Virus record (IMG/VR): IMGVR_UViG_3300029263_000582
DNA: 44,692 nucleotides
Direction: 5' to 3' (one strand)
From: a virus
Shown here one piece after another: positions 31,013-40,844 of the stretch; position 1 is the first letter of the stretch, and every line of letters starts with the position of its first letter. The translations under genes and the position numbers were made by a program. The notes below the pieces were generated by a model that did no database searches, was not told where the DNA came from, and was given only the letters and a program-made list of their open reading frames with translations.

Positions 31013-34000
31013 TATTCTTCCTCTAATGGTTGATTAATTACTTGAAGTAGTGCATCAATAACCTGAGTATGTTCAGGATTGTTCTGCTTAAGTTGTGTTA
31101 AACGTGCTGTAGCATCAGCAGGAGACAGACGACCTGCTAACTTAGTAGCGTACTTCTGCATGAACTCCCCTTCTGGTCTAATGAACTCTTTAGCTAGTGT
31201 ATCCTTAGCCTGACGAGCTGCGTTAGCATTAGTACTGAACGCTAGGTCAGCTAGCTTGAAGGCTTTTATCATATAACCAGCAGCTTTCTCTGAGGTAACA
31301 GCATCGAACGGTTCATTGTTCATCTCATTAAGCATATAAGAGCTAATACTCTTAGTTACTGCATCAACGTTCTCTTTAGTACTCATGATATCATCAAGGG
31401 TATCGTAGTAACGTTGAGCTGCCTTAGGAGGTACACTGAACAGTAAAGGTATAGCGGACTCTGTACTGATATCTGCTATCTTACGACCAGCTGTAGTCCG
31501 GTACTCACCGAAGTTAAGTGCAGTCTCGTACCTCTGATAATCCTTTAACCCTGCAAAGACGTTAGCTGCTTCATTAAGAAGTAACTGACCCTCTTCCTCC
31601 GATACCTCTGCGTTAGAATGAAAGGCTTTAGCTATACTAGCCATGTTACCAGCAGTCTTCCACAAAGAACCAGACGGCCCTGCTAGATTCAATGCCCCAT
31701 CATGTGTGAACATCAACCCTAGTGTACTTCCTACGAAACCTATCGGACTGAAGCGAGAGGCTAAGTCCAGTTCCTCTCCGTACATCTGCTCAGTAACCTT
31801 CCCGAAGATACCATCCATAGTTATATCAATCATGTCCTCAGTAGCACCTGCTTCTTGCAGCTGAGTAACTAAGTCAGTGCTTATACCAGTACCTAACTTA
31901 GACTCAAGACCGAACATAGCAGTAACAGTACCGAGAGTCATAGCTGATTGAGCGAACGAGCCACCCCAAGGGTTAGTTCCTTTACGTGCTGCACTAAGCT
32001 TACCTAAAGATGCTACGCTTACCGTAGGGTCAACTACTAACTGTAAGAACATCTTATGTACGTGCTGCATGAACTGTAGCTGTACACTCCATAGGTTCTG
32101 TTGGTACGTGAACTGGTCAGCTCGGTTCTGAGTGAACGTTAAACGTCTAGCATCCCCTAGGATGGTACGCTTAGCTAGTGCTGAGTCAAGCTTACGTCCT
32201 TTGTTAGCTTTCTGGAACCCTGTAGTAGCATGAATGTAAGCTAATAGATTACTTACGTCCGTACTTACCTTCTGAGGGAACATCATAGCTGACATAGCAC
32301 GACCGCCTAGACCACCTCCCGGTAACATGCTCTTCCAGAAGTTACTGCTCATCATGCTGTTCTTACCAGCTTGTACTTTCATACTTGATTCGAACAGACC
32401 GAACATATCATCCACTAAAGACGTACTGAACATACCTGAATCAAGCATATCCTGTAAGTATTTACTGAACTCCTCCCCTGATAATCCCATCGTCTTACCA
32501 AGAACCTTGTTCATCAAGGCTGACTCCCTGTTACCTCTCATCATAAGACCTGTTAATACAGCAGGGGCCTTAGCGAACGTACTAGCTGCTCGTACAGGGT
32601 TATGTGCGAACAAGAAAGCTGACTGTGCAGCATTAGCTAGGGTCTGGTACAACGGACGAGCAGCGATGAACACAGCAGCTGTAAGCTTAGTGCCTACCTT
32701 AACGAAATCCTTATCAAGTAACGATACACCTGCGTCACCAATGAACTCTTGGAACTGATTACCTTCTACTCTCCATGCTCCTACGAATGAACGTAAGTCT
32801 TCAAGGAACTTAGTCTGTAATGTACCAGTTAATGCAGCCTCTTGGTTCTTAATATATCCATGATAAGCTTTAGCATCCCGTATAAGCTTCTGTATCTCTG
32901 GCTTATCCTTACCTCTCCACTGAGTACGACTGAAGTCAGTAGGGAATCCTTCCTTAGCGTTACCTAGATGCTTACCGTAAGTAGCCATGAACTTAGACTT
33001 AAGTACGTTAACTGAATCCATACCTGTATAGCGTCTAGCTTCACCAAGAGCACGTCCAATACTGTCCTCTACGTCAGATATCTCTGCGTAACCTGATGGG
33101 CCTAGTAGACGTTGTCCTCTTCCTCGTGCATGAGACGGTACGTTAGAGCTAGTACCTACTGAATCAACACCTAGTTCAGATACTGCTTCGCGAGAAGAGA
33201 TAACTTCAAGACCTTCCTCTCCTAAATCCTCAGCAGCTTGAGCAGCTTGCTTAGTATCACGGTAGATACCGATTACTTCAGTTGACTCGGTCTTTACTCC
33301 GTTACGTATTACGTTACCTTTACGGATAAGCTTCGCACCTGTGCCACCTGAGTGACCACCACCACCTATCTTAGCTATGTACTTAGAGAAGAACGAGTCC
33401 TCTCCTAGGTAGTTAAGGTCTACGTGACCCTTACGGATGTTCATAGTCTGATGAGGTAAGTCTTGTACTGTATCACGACGTACTATACTGAAGTCAAACA
33501 GCTCACCACCTGAATTAAGAGGGCGATGAGTACGTACTACGATATTACCCTCTGCATAAGCAGCATCTAATAGGTCGTCTGTAAGCGTCTCTGCTGTACC
33601 AGTAACACTGTTGTATATCTTTGTACCATTAACTTGAGTAAGGCTGTCAGCGGCTGCCTCAGGGACAATGAACGGACGTTCTGCCATAGGTATACCGAAT
33701 AACTTCCCTTTAGAATCCTCTAATGTATTAATCCCATCCTTGATACCACGGAATCCACGCTCTGATAGACCTGAACGGTGAGCCTTATTACGTATAATAG
33801 CCATACCATCATAGAAAGAACGTGTACCTACGTACGCATCCCATACTCTATCGGACATCTTACCTAAGTATTCCTTAGCAGCTACCTTATTAAAGGTAAT
33901 ACCGTGCTCATCCCCATGAGTAAGAAGCCTAGTCCACTGTTCGCGCTCCATCTTACCACGTAACTTCCCAATAGGCTTAGTAAAGTCCTGCATAGTAACA

Positions 34001-35835
34001 GCGATACGTGAAGCTTTATCCGTATAAGCCATAGCTGAGTCAACTACTGACTTCTCTACCCGTGAGCTGAAAGGTATTAAGTAAGAATGAGCAGGTAAGT
34101 AACTATCTACCTTACCTTCTAGAGGGTTAACGTCCTTAGAAGTAACCTGATGCTCTACTTCAACATCAATGAAGTACTCAAGGTTGTCTTCTGGTATATC
34201 ATTAACCTCATCTAGAGACCTTAATGCACTGTTCTCTCCAGCAACACGGGCAGATATCTTCCCTTCTACGAATAAGTTACGCTTAGCTACCTCAGCATCC
34301 TTAAGTGTATCGAACCCTGACGTACCATCCTTACCGAAGATAGCACGAGCTTTAAGGAAGTCACCGTTCTTCTCTAATGCTTCCCAAGAAGACTGAGGGT
34401 GCAGTGTAGCACGTGACTGAGCGTAGATAGTTTGGATACTACGTTCAACACCTGACTCAAGTTCTTCCTGAGTAAGTATATCACTAACGTTCTGATTAGA
34501 TACTAGACGTTCGAACTCTTCACGAGTCTTATCAAGAGAGCTGTAGTCGAACTCTGATATCTGGTCAAGCTTATGACGTTTCTCGGTAGCTGTATAGCTC
34601 AACCCTGAGTCAGCTGTACCAGTAGGTGTTAGTCGAGAAGCTACGCCTGACTTAGTTACACCTAGGTACTGCATAACATCTTCACCGTTAGCGTCCGCTG
34701 CATTAAGAGCAGTACGCAGGGTCTCTGGTTTATTAACTGCTAGGGTATCAAGCAAGGAACCCTTGTTCTCTACAGTAACCATCTGAGGTTTATGGGCTAT
34801 ACCGTTACTAGGAGATAAAGAGTCAGCAGCTTCTTGCATTACTGAACGTATGTAGTCAGCATCTTCTGAACTTAACGTCTTATTAGCAGCAGCAGCTGAA
34901 CCGAACAGCTTAGCCCCTGATGCCTTAAGGAATCCTGTTAATGTCTTAGCTAGGAAACCTACCTCTGTAGCATCTAGTACATCATCTACAGCAGCAAGCT
35001 GCGTACCACCGCCTTCTCGTTCTAGCTCAGCACGTAAGTTAGTTAAGAAGTCAGTACGGTACAGTACGTTCTCTCCGAACGGAGACTGAGTATCTGAGAT
35101 AATCTGTACGATTTCTTCTACACGTTCTATCTGTTCTTCTGAAGTACTAGCGTCTTGTACGTAGTTATATAAAGCATCCACGTCATCAGCCTTGAAGATA
35201 TAATCCCCCGCTGATATACCATGAACACCTACTTTCTCTAAGACTTCAGTCTGGAACATACGAGTACCAACAATCTGTCCACCGAATACAGCTTCTACGA
35301 AATCAAGAGTAAGGTCAATACCAGAAGCTGAGTCGAACTCGTCCTGTATCTGTAAGTCAATAATACTACCTGATGCTCTATCAGCTAATGTCTTATTAAC
35401 TAAGTCATTAAAGAATGCACCGTGCTTACGTGACTCCTCAGGGAGGGACTCCATAGTATTAACTATCATATCAGCTATTTCATCACGCTGTTCGATAGAG
35501 CCTAGCTCGTCCTGTACTACACCCTTAAGGTTCTCTGCATCTTCTGTAGTCTCAAGAGGCATACTAGTTAAAGCTGCCTCTGTGATAGGCCCTTTAAGTT
35601 CAGAGCGTGTAGTGCTACGTGCTTGCTGCTCATCTGTACTTAGTCCGTACACCTCAAGCTCTTGCTTAACACGTTGTACTAAGTCGCCTGATAATCCCTC
35701 AACACCTTCTTGTTGTACAGCAGTTAACGTAGCACGCTCCCCTGCTTGCACTGAGCTGACAGGAGGACGAGCAGACACACCATCAAAGAATGAAGTATCC
35801 TGTACTGCGTCGTTATAGAAATCTGTGTCTGCCAT
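31012..35835 (-). CDS. Large internal virion/ejection protein (T7 gp15/gp16 slot)
   Basis: 1607 aa, the largest ORF, in the slot occupied by internal core proteins in T7-like gene order. No catalytic motif recognised. Confidence 0.6.
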   Translation of the reverse strand: MADTDFYNDAVQDTSFFDGVSARPPVSSVQAGERATLTAVQQEGVEGLSGDLVQRVKQELEVYGLSTDEQQARSTTRSELKGPITEAALTSMPLETTEDAENLKGVVQDELGSIEQRDEIADMIVNTMESLPEESRKHGAFFNDLVNKTLADRASGSIIDLQIQDEFDSASGIDLTLDFVEAVFGGQIVGTRMFQTEVLEKVGVHGISAGDYIFKADDVDALYNYVQDASTSEEQIERVEEIVQIISDTQSPFGENVLYRTDFLTNLRAELEREGGGTQLAAVDDVLDATEVGFLAKTLTGFLKASGAKLFGSAAAANKTLSSEDADYIRSVMQEAADSLSPSNGIAHKPQMVTVENKGSLLDTLAVNKPETLRTALNAADANGEDVMQYLGVTKSGVASRLTPTGTADSGLSYTATEKRHKLDQISEFDYSSLDKTREEFERLVSNQNVSDILTQEELESGVERSIQTIYAQSRATLHPQSSWEALEKNGDFLKARAIFGKDGTSGFDTLKDAEVAKRNLFVEGKISARVAGENSALRSLDEVNDIPEDNLEYFIDVEVEHQVTSKDVNPLEGKVDSYLPAHSYLIPFSSRVEKSVVDSAMAYTDKASRIAVTMQDFTKPIGKLRGKMEREQWTRLLTHGDEHGITFNKVAAKEYLGKMSDRVWDAYVGTRSFYDGMAIIRNKAHRSGLSERGFRGIKDGINTLEDSKGKLFGIPMAERPFIVPEAAADSLTQVNGTKIYNSVTGTAETLTDDLLDAAYAEGNIVVRTHRPLNSGGELFDFSIVRRDTVQDLPHQTMNIRKGHVDLNYLGEDSFFSKYIAKIGGGGHSGGTGAKLIRKGNVIRNGVKTESTEVIGIYRDTKQAAQAAEDLGEEGLEVISSREAVSELGVDSVGTSSNVPSHARGRGQRLLGPSGYAEISDVEDSIGRALGEARRYTGMDSVNVLKSKFMATYGKHLGNAKEGFPTDFSRTQWRGKDKPEIQKLIRDAKAYHGYIKNQEAALTGTLQTKFLEDLRSFVGAWRVEGNQFQEFIGDAGVSLLDKDFVKVGTKLTAAVFIAARPLYQTLANAAQSAFLFAHNPVRAASTFAKAPAVLTGLMMRGNRESALMNKVLGKTMGLSGEEFSKYLQDMLDSGMFSTSLVDDMFGLFESSMKVQAGKNSMMSSNFWKSMLPGGGLGGRAMSAMMFPQKVSTDVSNLLAYIHATTGFQKANKGRKLDSALAKRTILGDARRLTFTQNRADQFTYQQNLWSVQLQFMQHVHKMFLQLVVDPTVSVASLGKLSAARKGTNPWGGSFAQSAMTLGTVTAMFGLESKLGTGISTDLVTQLQEAGATEDMIDITMDGIFGKVTEQMYGEELDLASRFSPIGFVGSTLGLMFTHDGALNLAGPSGSLWKTAGNMASIAKAFHSNAEVSEEEGQLLLNEAANVFAGLKDYQRYETALNFGEYRTTAGRKIADISTESAIPLLFSVPPKAAQRYYDTLDDIMSTKENVDAVTKSISSYMLNEMNNEPFDAVTSEKAAGYMIKAFKLADLAFSTNANAARQAKDTLAKEFIRPEGEFMQKYATKLAGRLSPADATARLTQLKQNNPEHTQVIDALLQVINQPLEEE

Positions 35836-35847
35836 TGTATCTCCTAA

Positions 35848-36279
35848 TTATTTAGCACCGGGGGTTGTGCCCCCTGCTCCGCCAGTAGCTGCTTGTATAG
35901 CGAAGTCTTTAACTACAGAACCTAGCTGTATAAGAGTATCGGTCTTAGCTGCTGACTGTAGTCGGTTAGCTGTATAGTCCTGTAGTCCCTGCACTTGATT
36001 AGAGAACGCTACATTACCTGCTGTAGTACTTTGGATACTACCCTGTGACCCTCTAAACCCTGAGCTGTCAAGCGTACCTCCTGAGGCTGCACCTTGTGCT
36101 CCTTGTGCAGCGGCTATTTGATTCTGTCTTACCTGAGCTAGCTGCTCACGCTGTCTAGCCCTAGCTTGTATACGACCTTGCGCCTTAGCAGCCTTACGTC
36201 TATCAGAAGCCGCGTCAGCTCCTAGGATAGCACCGCCTATTGCTGTTACAGAGCCTAGTACCTTAACTACGTCACCCAT
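35848..36279 (-). CDS. Small internal virion protein-like (gp14 slot)
   Basis: I prefer the ATG at 36279 (GGAGGTG RBS) over the track start at 36321. N-terminal hydrophobic segment, then an A/Q/G-rich sequence. Confidence 0.55.
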   Translation of the reverse strand: MGDVVKVLGSVTAIGGAILGADAASDRRKAAKAQGRIQARARQREQLAQVRQNQIAAAQGAQGAASGGTLDSSGFRGSQGSIQSTTAGNVAFSNQVQGLQDYTANRLQSAAKTDTLIQLGSVVKDFAIQAATGGAGGTTPGAK

Positions 36280-36280
36280 A

Positions 36281-36571
36281 TTACACCTCCATAGAGTACT
36301 GTACGTAGTCCTCTGTCTCATAGGTAGGAGCTAGACCGAACATAGTCTGAAACTTACGAGTCTTACGGTCTTTCTTAGGGATGATAGAGTTAACCCGACG
36401 ACAGCCTGCCTTAGCTAGCTCTTCTAAGCATACATCCCATATAGCTATCATACGTTTGTACTGCTTAACGTTCCAGTCCTTAACCTCGCAGTGCATGAAA
36501 GCTTCACCGGGACGTGACTCGTGATGTTCTACCTTAACTTCTAGCGTATCGTCTTTGAATAATGTAATCAT
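36281..36571 (-). CDS. Hypothetical protein
   Basis: 96-aa ORF coupled on both sides within the tail/core block. Confidence 0.6.
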   Translation of the reverse strand: MITLFKDDTLEVKVEHHESRPGEAFMHCEVKDWNVKQYKRMIAIWDVCLEELAKAGCRRVNSIIPKKDRKTRKFQTMFGLAPTYETEDYVQYSMEV

Positions 36572-37749
36572 TGTTTTCCTCTCATGCGGTACTCAACTGT
36601 ATAACCAAGTATCTGCATATCTTTATTAGGTTCAGCATCGAACCGGAACTGTATAGCTTTACCGTATCCACGTATGCCTAACTTAGTACTTATAATAGTC
36701 TCACCTGTATCGAACGGATAAGGGTAGTACTCAGGTATTAGCTTACGTTGTAAAGGCTTATAGATATCACGCTGTGCTGTCCAGCGTAGACCTGTCCCTG
36801 TACCATCGAAGTCCCACTTAGCCGTGAATAGGCAAGAGCTAGGGGAGTCGTACGTGTACTCAGCAGCTTCATCATCGTAACCTGTTATCTGTTCCTCAGT
36901 CTTCTGGAACATAACCTTCATAGAGGTAACACGTTTATCGTGACTGAACTTACCAAGGGTCTCAGGCTGTGACTGAATAAAGGATTCGTACGTTACACCG
37001 TAGTCCTCGAATACATCAGAAGACTTAGTACTGAATCCGTACGTTACCTCTGTATTATCTGTACTGTAGTACAAGAAGACTTGACCTGTATCCCTGTCGT
37101 ATACTGAACTCTGGTGTGTACCAGAAGAGTACTGATTCTTATACCAGCCTTGTGTACGCTCTTCGAATACGAACTCTGTATTAGTACCAGCATCGAATAC
37201 GTGCAGTGTCCTGTCCTTACGGTTATACATCAGCGTAGTACCTTGGACTAAGAAGTCCTGTATCACTGAGTTAATGCTGAACTCTGTAAGGTTATCGGAT
37301 TTAATCTGCCCGTTCTCATTAACAGCTATACGGTGAATACCTGAGTCAGCTACGTAGTACACTGAACCTACTGATTCAGTACTGCTGTTATATCCTACTA
37401 CACCTTCATCTGATATCTTCTGTACTGCGTAGTCAGTAGCAGAGAAGGATATACCTTGCTGCCCTACGAACCAGATACCCCTAGAGGCTAGTACAAGTAC
37501 GCCTGTATTAAAAGGTATGATGTCGTACACCGCACCTGTGTTCTGTATAAGTATCTCACCGCCGTCTGTATCTAGTACATCAGATATCTCAGAAGACGTA
37601 GGGTCGTTGTTCTGGTAGCACTTACCAAGAACCCCTATGTCATCAATGAATACCTGAGAGAAGTACACCCGACCCTCTGCTCCGTAGAACAGACGACCGA
37701 ATGCTGAACAGATACAAGTAGGATACTTCCTCGCTTGTATATCAATCAA
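36568..37749 (-). CDS. Tail nozzle-like protein, C-terminal part (T7 gp12-like?)
   Basis: 393 aa, TTG start after a GGAGG RBS. Repeated beta-strand-rich segments (GRLFYGAEGRVYFSQVF, GVLVLASRGIWFV, VYYVADSGIHRI) suggest propeller blades. The assignment is from memory and position. Confidence 0.4.
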   Translation of the reverse strand: MIDIQARKYPTCICSAFGRLFYGAEGRVYFSQVFIDDIGVLGKCYQNNDPTSSEISDVLDTDGGEILIQNTGAVYDIIPFNTGVLVLASRGIWFVGQQGISFSATDYAVQKISDEGVVGYNSSTESVGSVYYVADSGIHRIAVNENGQIKSDNLTEFSINSVIQDFLVQGTTLMYNRKDRTLHVFDAGTNTEFVFEERTQGWYKNQYSSGTHQSSVYDRDTGQVFLYYSTDNTEVTYGFSTKSSDVFEDYGVTYESFIQSQPETLGKFSHDKRVTSMKVMFQKTEEQITGYDDEAAEYTYDSPSSCLFTAKWDFDGTGTGLRWTAQRDIYKPLQRKLIPEYYPYPFDTGETIISTKLGIRGYGKAIQFRFDAEPNKDMQILGYTVEYRMRGKQ

Positions 37750-37750
37750 G

Positions 37751-38293
37751 TTAACCTCCGTAGGTCTTAACTAAGAACAGACTTATGTCATACATAGTTA
37801 AATCCCCTGTTACTGATTCAATACGAAGGAGTCCACCGTTAGCCTTGAACGTCTCTTTACAGAACACGGGGAAGTTAATCGTATACGTCTGTACTACGTT
37901 ACCTCCCCTTAACATCCGAATAGGCTGAGAGGCTACAGTAATACTGTCGTCACCTACCTCTGAGATATCAAGGGAAACGTTAAAGCCTCCGTTAGAACCT
38001 GAAGAGGTGCTAGCTTTAAAGGTTACTCGTACGTCGTAAGTATCGTTAATGTTGTTAGGACGTATCCTTGTGCCGTCGTACAGAGCAGGGCTTCCTGTAG
38101 GTAAGGAGCCTTCGTCCTTAGACCCTGCATTATTAGGTAAGTCTTCTGTGTTACCTTGAAGGATAACTAAGGGGCTTCCTGCTGTGTACTGAGTATCCGT
38201 GTACAGCGCCCAACCTGAACCTGCCATATAGTTACCCTCTTCTGCTTCGTTCATTCTGCTGAAATACTCCAGCATCTCGTCTTGTAAACTCAT
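37751..38293 (-). CDS. Structural protein, beta-rich, unknown role
   Basis: 180-aa ORF lying between the two nozzle-like ORFs. Confidence 0.6.
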   Translation of the reverse strand: MSLQDEMLEYFSRMNEAEEGNYMAGSGWALYTDTQYTAGSPLVILQGNTEDLPNNAGSKDEGSLPTGSPALYDGTRIRPNNINDTYDVRVTFKASTSSGSNGGFNVSLDISEVGDDSITVASQPIRMLRGGNVVQTYTINFPVFCKETFKANGGLLRIESVTGDLTMYDISLFLVKTYGG

Positions 38294-38301
38294 ACTTCCT
38301 C

Positions 38302-39264
38302 CTAAGGAATAATAAAGCCCGGTGGTAATACAGGGTCGTTCCAGTCACTACCTCCTGTGCCTCCACCGTCACCAGTACTAGTACCCTGCTCTATAATCTT
38401 AGTAGCAGAGTTACCGACTGCGCCGTCGTTGTTCTTAGAAGTAAGCTTACTGTTCCTGTCGATGTTACGTATGTTATACACGTAGTGTCCACGAGCAGAT
38501 TCAGTACTACCTAAGTCTATATTATCCAGAGCTTCGGGGTCGAACTCTTCTTTACCTGACCCTGAGTCCACTGAGTCCCCTAGAGCGACTACGTCAGCAT
38601 TACTAGGGTAAGAACCTATCTCTGTATTGAAGTACGTTACAGGGTCTCCCTTAGAGCCTGAGCCTAGCATACGGTCTTTGTACCAACCTGCGTTATAAAG
38701 GTTGTACTTATGCTCGTCACTTAACGTACTAGGACGTTCGCCTATACTAAGGCTATCGTTCAATAAAGTGAAGTCCCTGATGTAAAGAGTAAGTACGTAA
38801 ACGTCGTACGTATCTCCTACAGGTTGTAAGATAACAGGTGACGTACCTAGTGTGATTACTAACCGAGAGCGTATGTCTACGAAGTTAGGTGGTACATCAT
38901 CAGGTGTATCTACTACGAACTCGAACTCTACATCATAGCTCTGATTATGAACTACGATAGAGCTTACCTTCTTATCTTCTTCGTCAGTATAACGGAAGAC
39001 TGTTATGTATTTCTTAATAGCTTCCCAGAAGAACACACCTTGTACTTGGAAGTCAGGTGCTGTTACCCCTGAAGGTGTGAACTTAAGATCTGCTGAATGG
39101 ATACGAGCTAGGCCTAGCCTACGAGCACGAGTACCGTTCTCAAGGTTAAGCTCCATGTTAAGCTCGTCTGATGTTGTACCCTCAGGTGCAGCTAAAGGGT
39201 TAGCCTCCGTGTTTAACCCCTGTACGAACCCGAGGTAGTCCTTCTCCCCTCTAGCTATAGGCAT
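38302..39264 (-). CDS. Tail nozzle-like protein, N-terminal part (T7 gp12-like?)
   Basis: The N-terminus GFVQGLNTEANPLAAPEGTTSDELNMELNLENGTRARRLG resembles the T7 gp12 start (KGGISQQPDILRYPDQGSRQVNGW...GLQKR, from memory). Confidence 0.4.
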   Translation of the reverse strand: MPIARGEKDYLGFVQGLNTEANPLAAPEGTTSDELNMELNLENGTRARRLGLARIHSADLKFTPSGVTAPDFQVQGVFFWEAIKKYITVFRYTDEEDKKVSSIVVHNQSYDVEFEFVVDTPDDVPPNFVDIRSRLVITLGTSPVILQPVGDTYDVYVLTLYIRDFTLLNDSLSIGERPSTLSDEHKYNLYNAGWYKDRMLGSGSKGDPVTYFNTEIGSYPSNADVVALGDSVDSGSGKEEFDPEALDNIDLGSTESARGHYVYNIRNIDRNSKLTSKNNDGAVGNSATKIIEQGTSTGDGGGTGGSDWNDPVLPPGFIIP

Positions 39265-39482
39265 TAGTTATTCCCTTTGTATGCATCAATAGCTCGTTGA
39301 GCTACTGCCTCTGTTGTGTACAAGCTGTTAAGAGCCTTAGGTAATTCACCACCACCTTCGTAGTACGCTTCGAACAAGCAAGTGTTCTTAGCTAGGCGAA
39401 CCTTAAGTTCTTTCTTAACTGGTGCTGGTTTATTTTCTTTAACTTCTGTCTTAACTTCTGTAGTCTTCTTAGGTGCTGGCAT
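39264..39482 (-). CDS. Hypothetical lysine-rich protein
   Basis: 72-aa ORF with ATGA-type overlaps on both sides. Confidence 0.55.
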   Translation of the reverse strand: MPAPKKTTEVKTEVKENKPAPVKKELKVRLAKNTCLFEAYYEGGGELPKALNSLYTTEAVAQRAIDAYKGNN

Positions 39483-40234
39483 TAACGTCTCCCGTATCGT
39501 ACCGTTGGTTTCTGTATCCCACCTATTCGCTGGTGGTCTTGTTGCATCTTAGCTTCGAACACTCTTGCTCGTCTAGCAACTGTAGGCTTAGCCTCTTCTA
39601 TAATAACTTCGTAGTACTCATTAAGTAGTGTATCCTGAAAGCCCTGCATAAGGTGAGAGGGTAAAGGAATCTCGAAGCTGTCTTCTAAGTAGAACTGTTT
39701 CTCGCGGTTAGCTACGATTAAAGACTTCTGCTCATGAAGTGTAGTATCAACTTCTTTATCATAAGAGTCAAAAGCTATAAGCTCTCCGTCGAATGAAGTA
39801 CAGTACCTAGGTTGAGTATCAGTACGGATAACGTACTCAGCTCCTGAACTAGGGTCTTGAACCTTAAGTGTATCGTCCTCTGATGTACGGTTAACTCGTA
39901 CTACGTCAAGGAAGTCCTGATTACTTAGGTACTCAACGTCTTGCATATCAAGCTCAGGGTACTCGTCCTTGCTGTACTGAACTCGGCTGAACTGTACTGA
40001 GCGTACTCCGTCAGGTATACGTAGGTAGTTAGGTGCGTCTGTGTCACCTACACCGTCCAGTGTACCGACGTAAGAGTCGAACTGTGCGTCTCTAAGCTTC
40101 CCTGCTATACGGTAGTAAACTTCTCTAGCAAGAGTAGCTGTACGTTCTGATTCATCCGTATCAAAGATACTATCAACTTCAAAGGAGCCTGAGTACTGTA
40201 AGCAAGTCTGAACTGCTTGTAGTAAAGTAGACAT
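39482..40234 (-). CDS. Head-tail adaptor (T7 gp11-like)
   Basis: The N-terminus LLQAVQTCLQYSGSFEVDSIFDTDESERTATLAREVYYRI parallels T7 gp11 [22 protein letters not shown]...ANARRILNKINRQI (from memory). It is the first gene after the capsid-block terminator. Confidence 0.45.
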   Translation of the reverse strand: MSTLLQAVQTCLQYSGSFEVDSIFDTDESERTATLAREVYYRIAGKLRDAQFDSYVGTLDGVGDTDAPNYLRIPDGVRSVQFSRVQYSKDEYPELDMQDVEYLSNQDFLDVVRVNRTSEDDTLKVQDPSSGAEYVIRTDTQPRYCTSFDGELIAFDSYDKEVDTTLHEQKSLIVANREKQFYLEDSFEIPLPSHLMQGFQDTLLNEYYEVIIEEAKPTVARRARVFEAKMQQDHQRIGGIQKPTVRYGRR

Positions 40235-40246
40235 AAATTCTCCTAA

Positions 40247-40281
40247 TAAAAAAGCCCCTGTACCTGAGGAGGCAAGGGGCT
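40247..40281 (-). terminator. Intrinsic terminator after the capsid block
   Basis: On the minus strand: GCCCCTTG-loop-CAGGGGC (40254-40280), followed by a T6 run (the A-run at 40248-40253 on the plus strand). Confidence 0.7.
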
Positions 40282-40317
40282 AGGTCTCAGGTGAGAGAGC
40301 GAACTCCCTCATTATCC

Positions 40318-40836
40318 TTAGTAAGTTTTAGTACCAGCGGCGGCTGCTGTTGCAGGAACATATCGTAGACGTACTACTGCTTTACCTGCTGTCAGTGAGC
40401 TTGAACCGTCAAGGGTAACTTGTACTTGTGAGTCAGCTGAGCTGGCAGTACCAACTAATGCGCCTGCACCAACTACTGTAGCATTCAGGGAATCAACCTC
40501 TGTAAGTGCGTCAACAGTAATAAGGCCGTCTGCATCAAGGGCTGAACCCTCTGGAGTATAAGTACCTACTGTAATGAAGTCAGAACCTGCTGCACCATCA
40601 GTACCTGCGAAAGGTGTTAGGACAACTAGTTCAGTACTTCGTAAGTAAGAACCTGACGGGATAGTATGAATCATTTCATTCACACCCGCTGTAGGTAAAG
40701 CGTTAAAGTCGAAGATATATTCAACCTGAACCTCGTCACCTACGCGTGATACAGTACGACCGAACTTGCCTTCTGTACCTTCTGGGCCGAACTTAGTGAT
40801 TCGACCGTTAATGTTTTCAATATTTAAGTTAGACAT
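40318..40836 (-). CDS. Capsid-associated (decoration/minor capsid) protein
   Basis: 172 aa, A/G/T-rich and beta-rich, directly after the major capsid gene and before the terminator. Confidence 0.45.
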   Translation of the reverse strand: MSNLNIENINGRITKFGPEGTEGKFGRTVSRVGDEVQVEYIFDFNALPTAGVNEMIHTIPSGSYLRSTELVVLTPFAGTDGAAGSDFITVGTYTPEGSALDADGLITVDALTEVDSLNATVVGAGALVGTASSADSQVQVTLDGSSSLTAGKAVVRLRYVPATAAAAGTKTY

Positions 40837-40844
40837 TTTATTCC

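Noticed and set aside
31012-35835. The 1607-aa ORF as a virion RNA polymerase (N4-like) that would compensate for the missing T7-type RNAP
   Set aside because: I recognised no polymerase motifs. The size and position fit an internal core or ejection protein instead. It cannot be excluded without profile searches.
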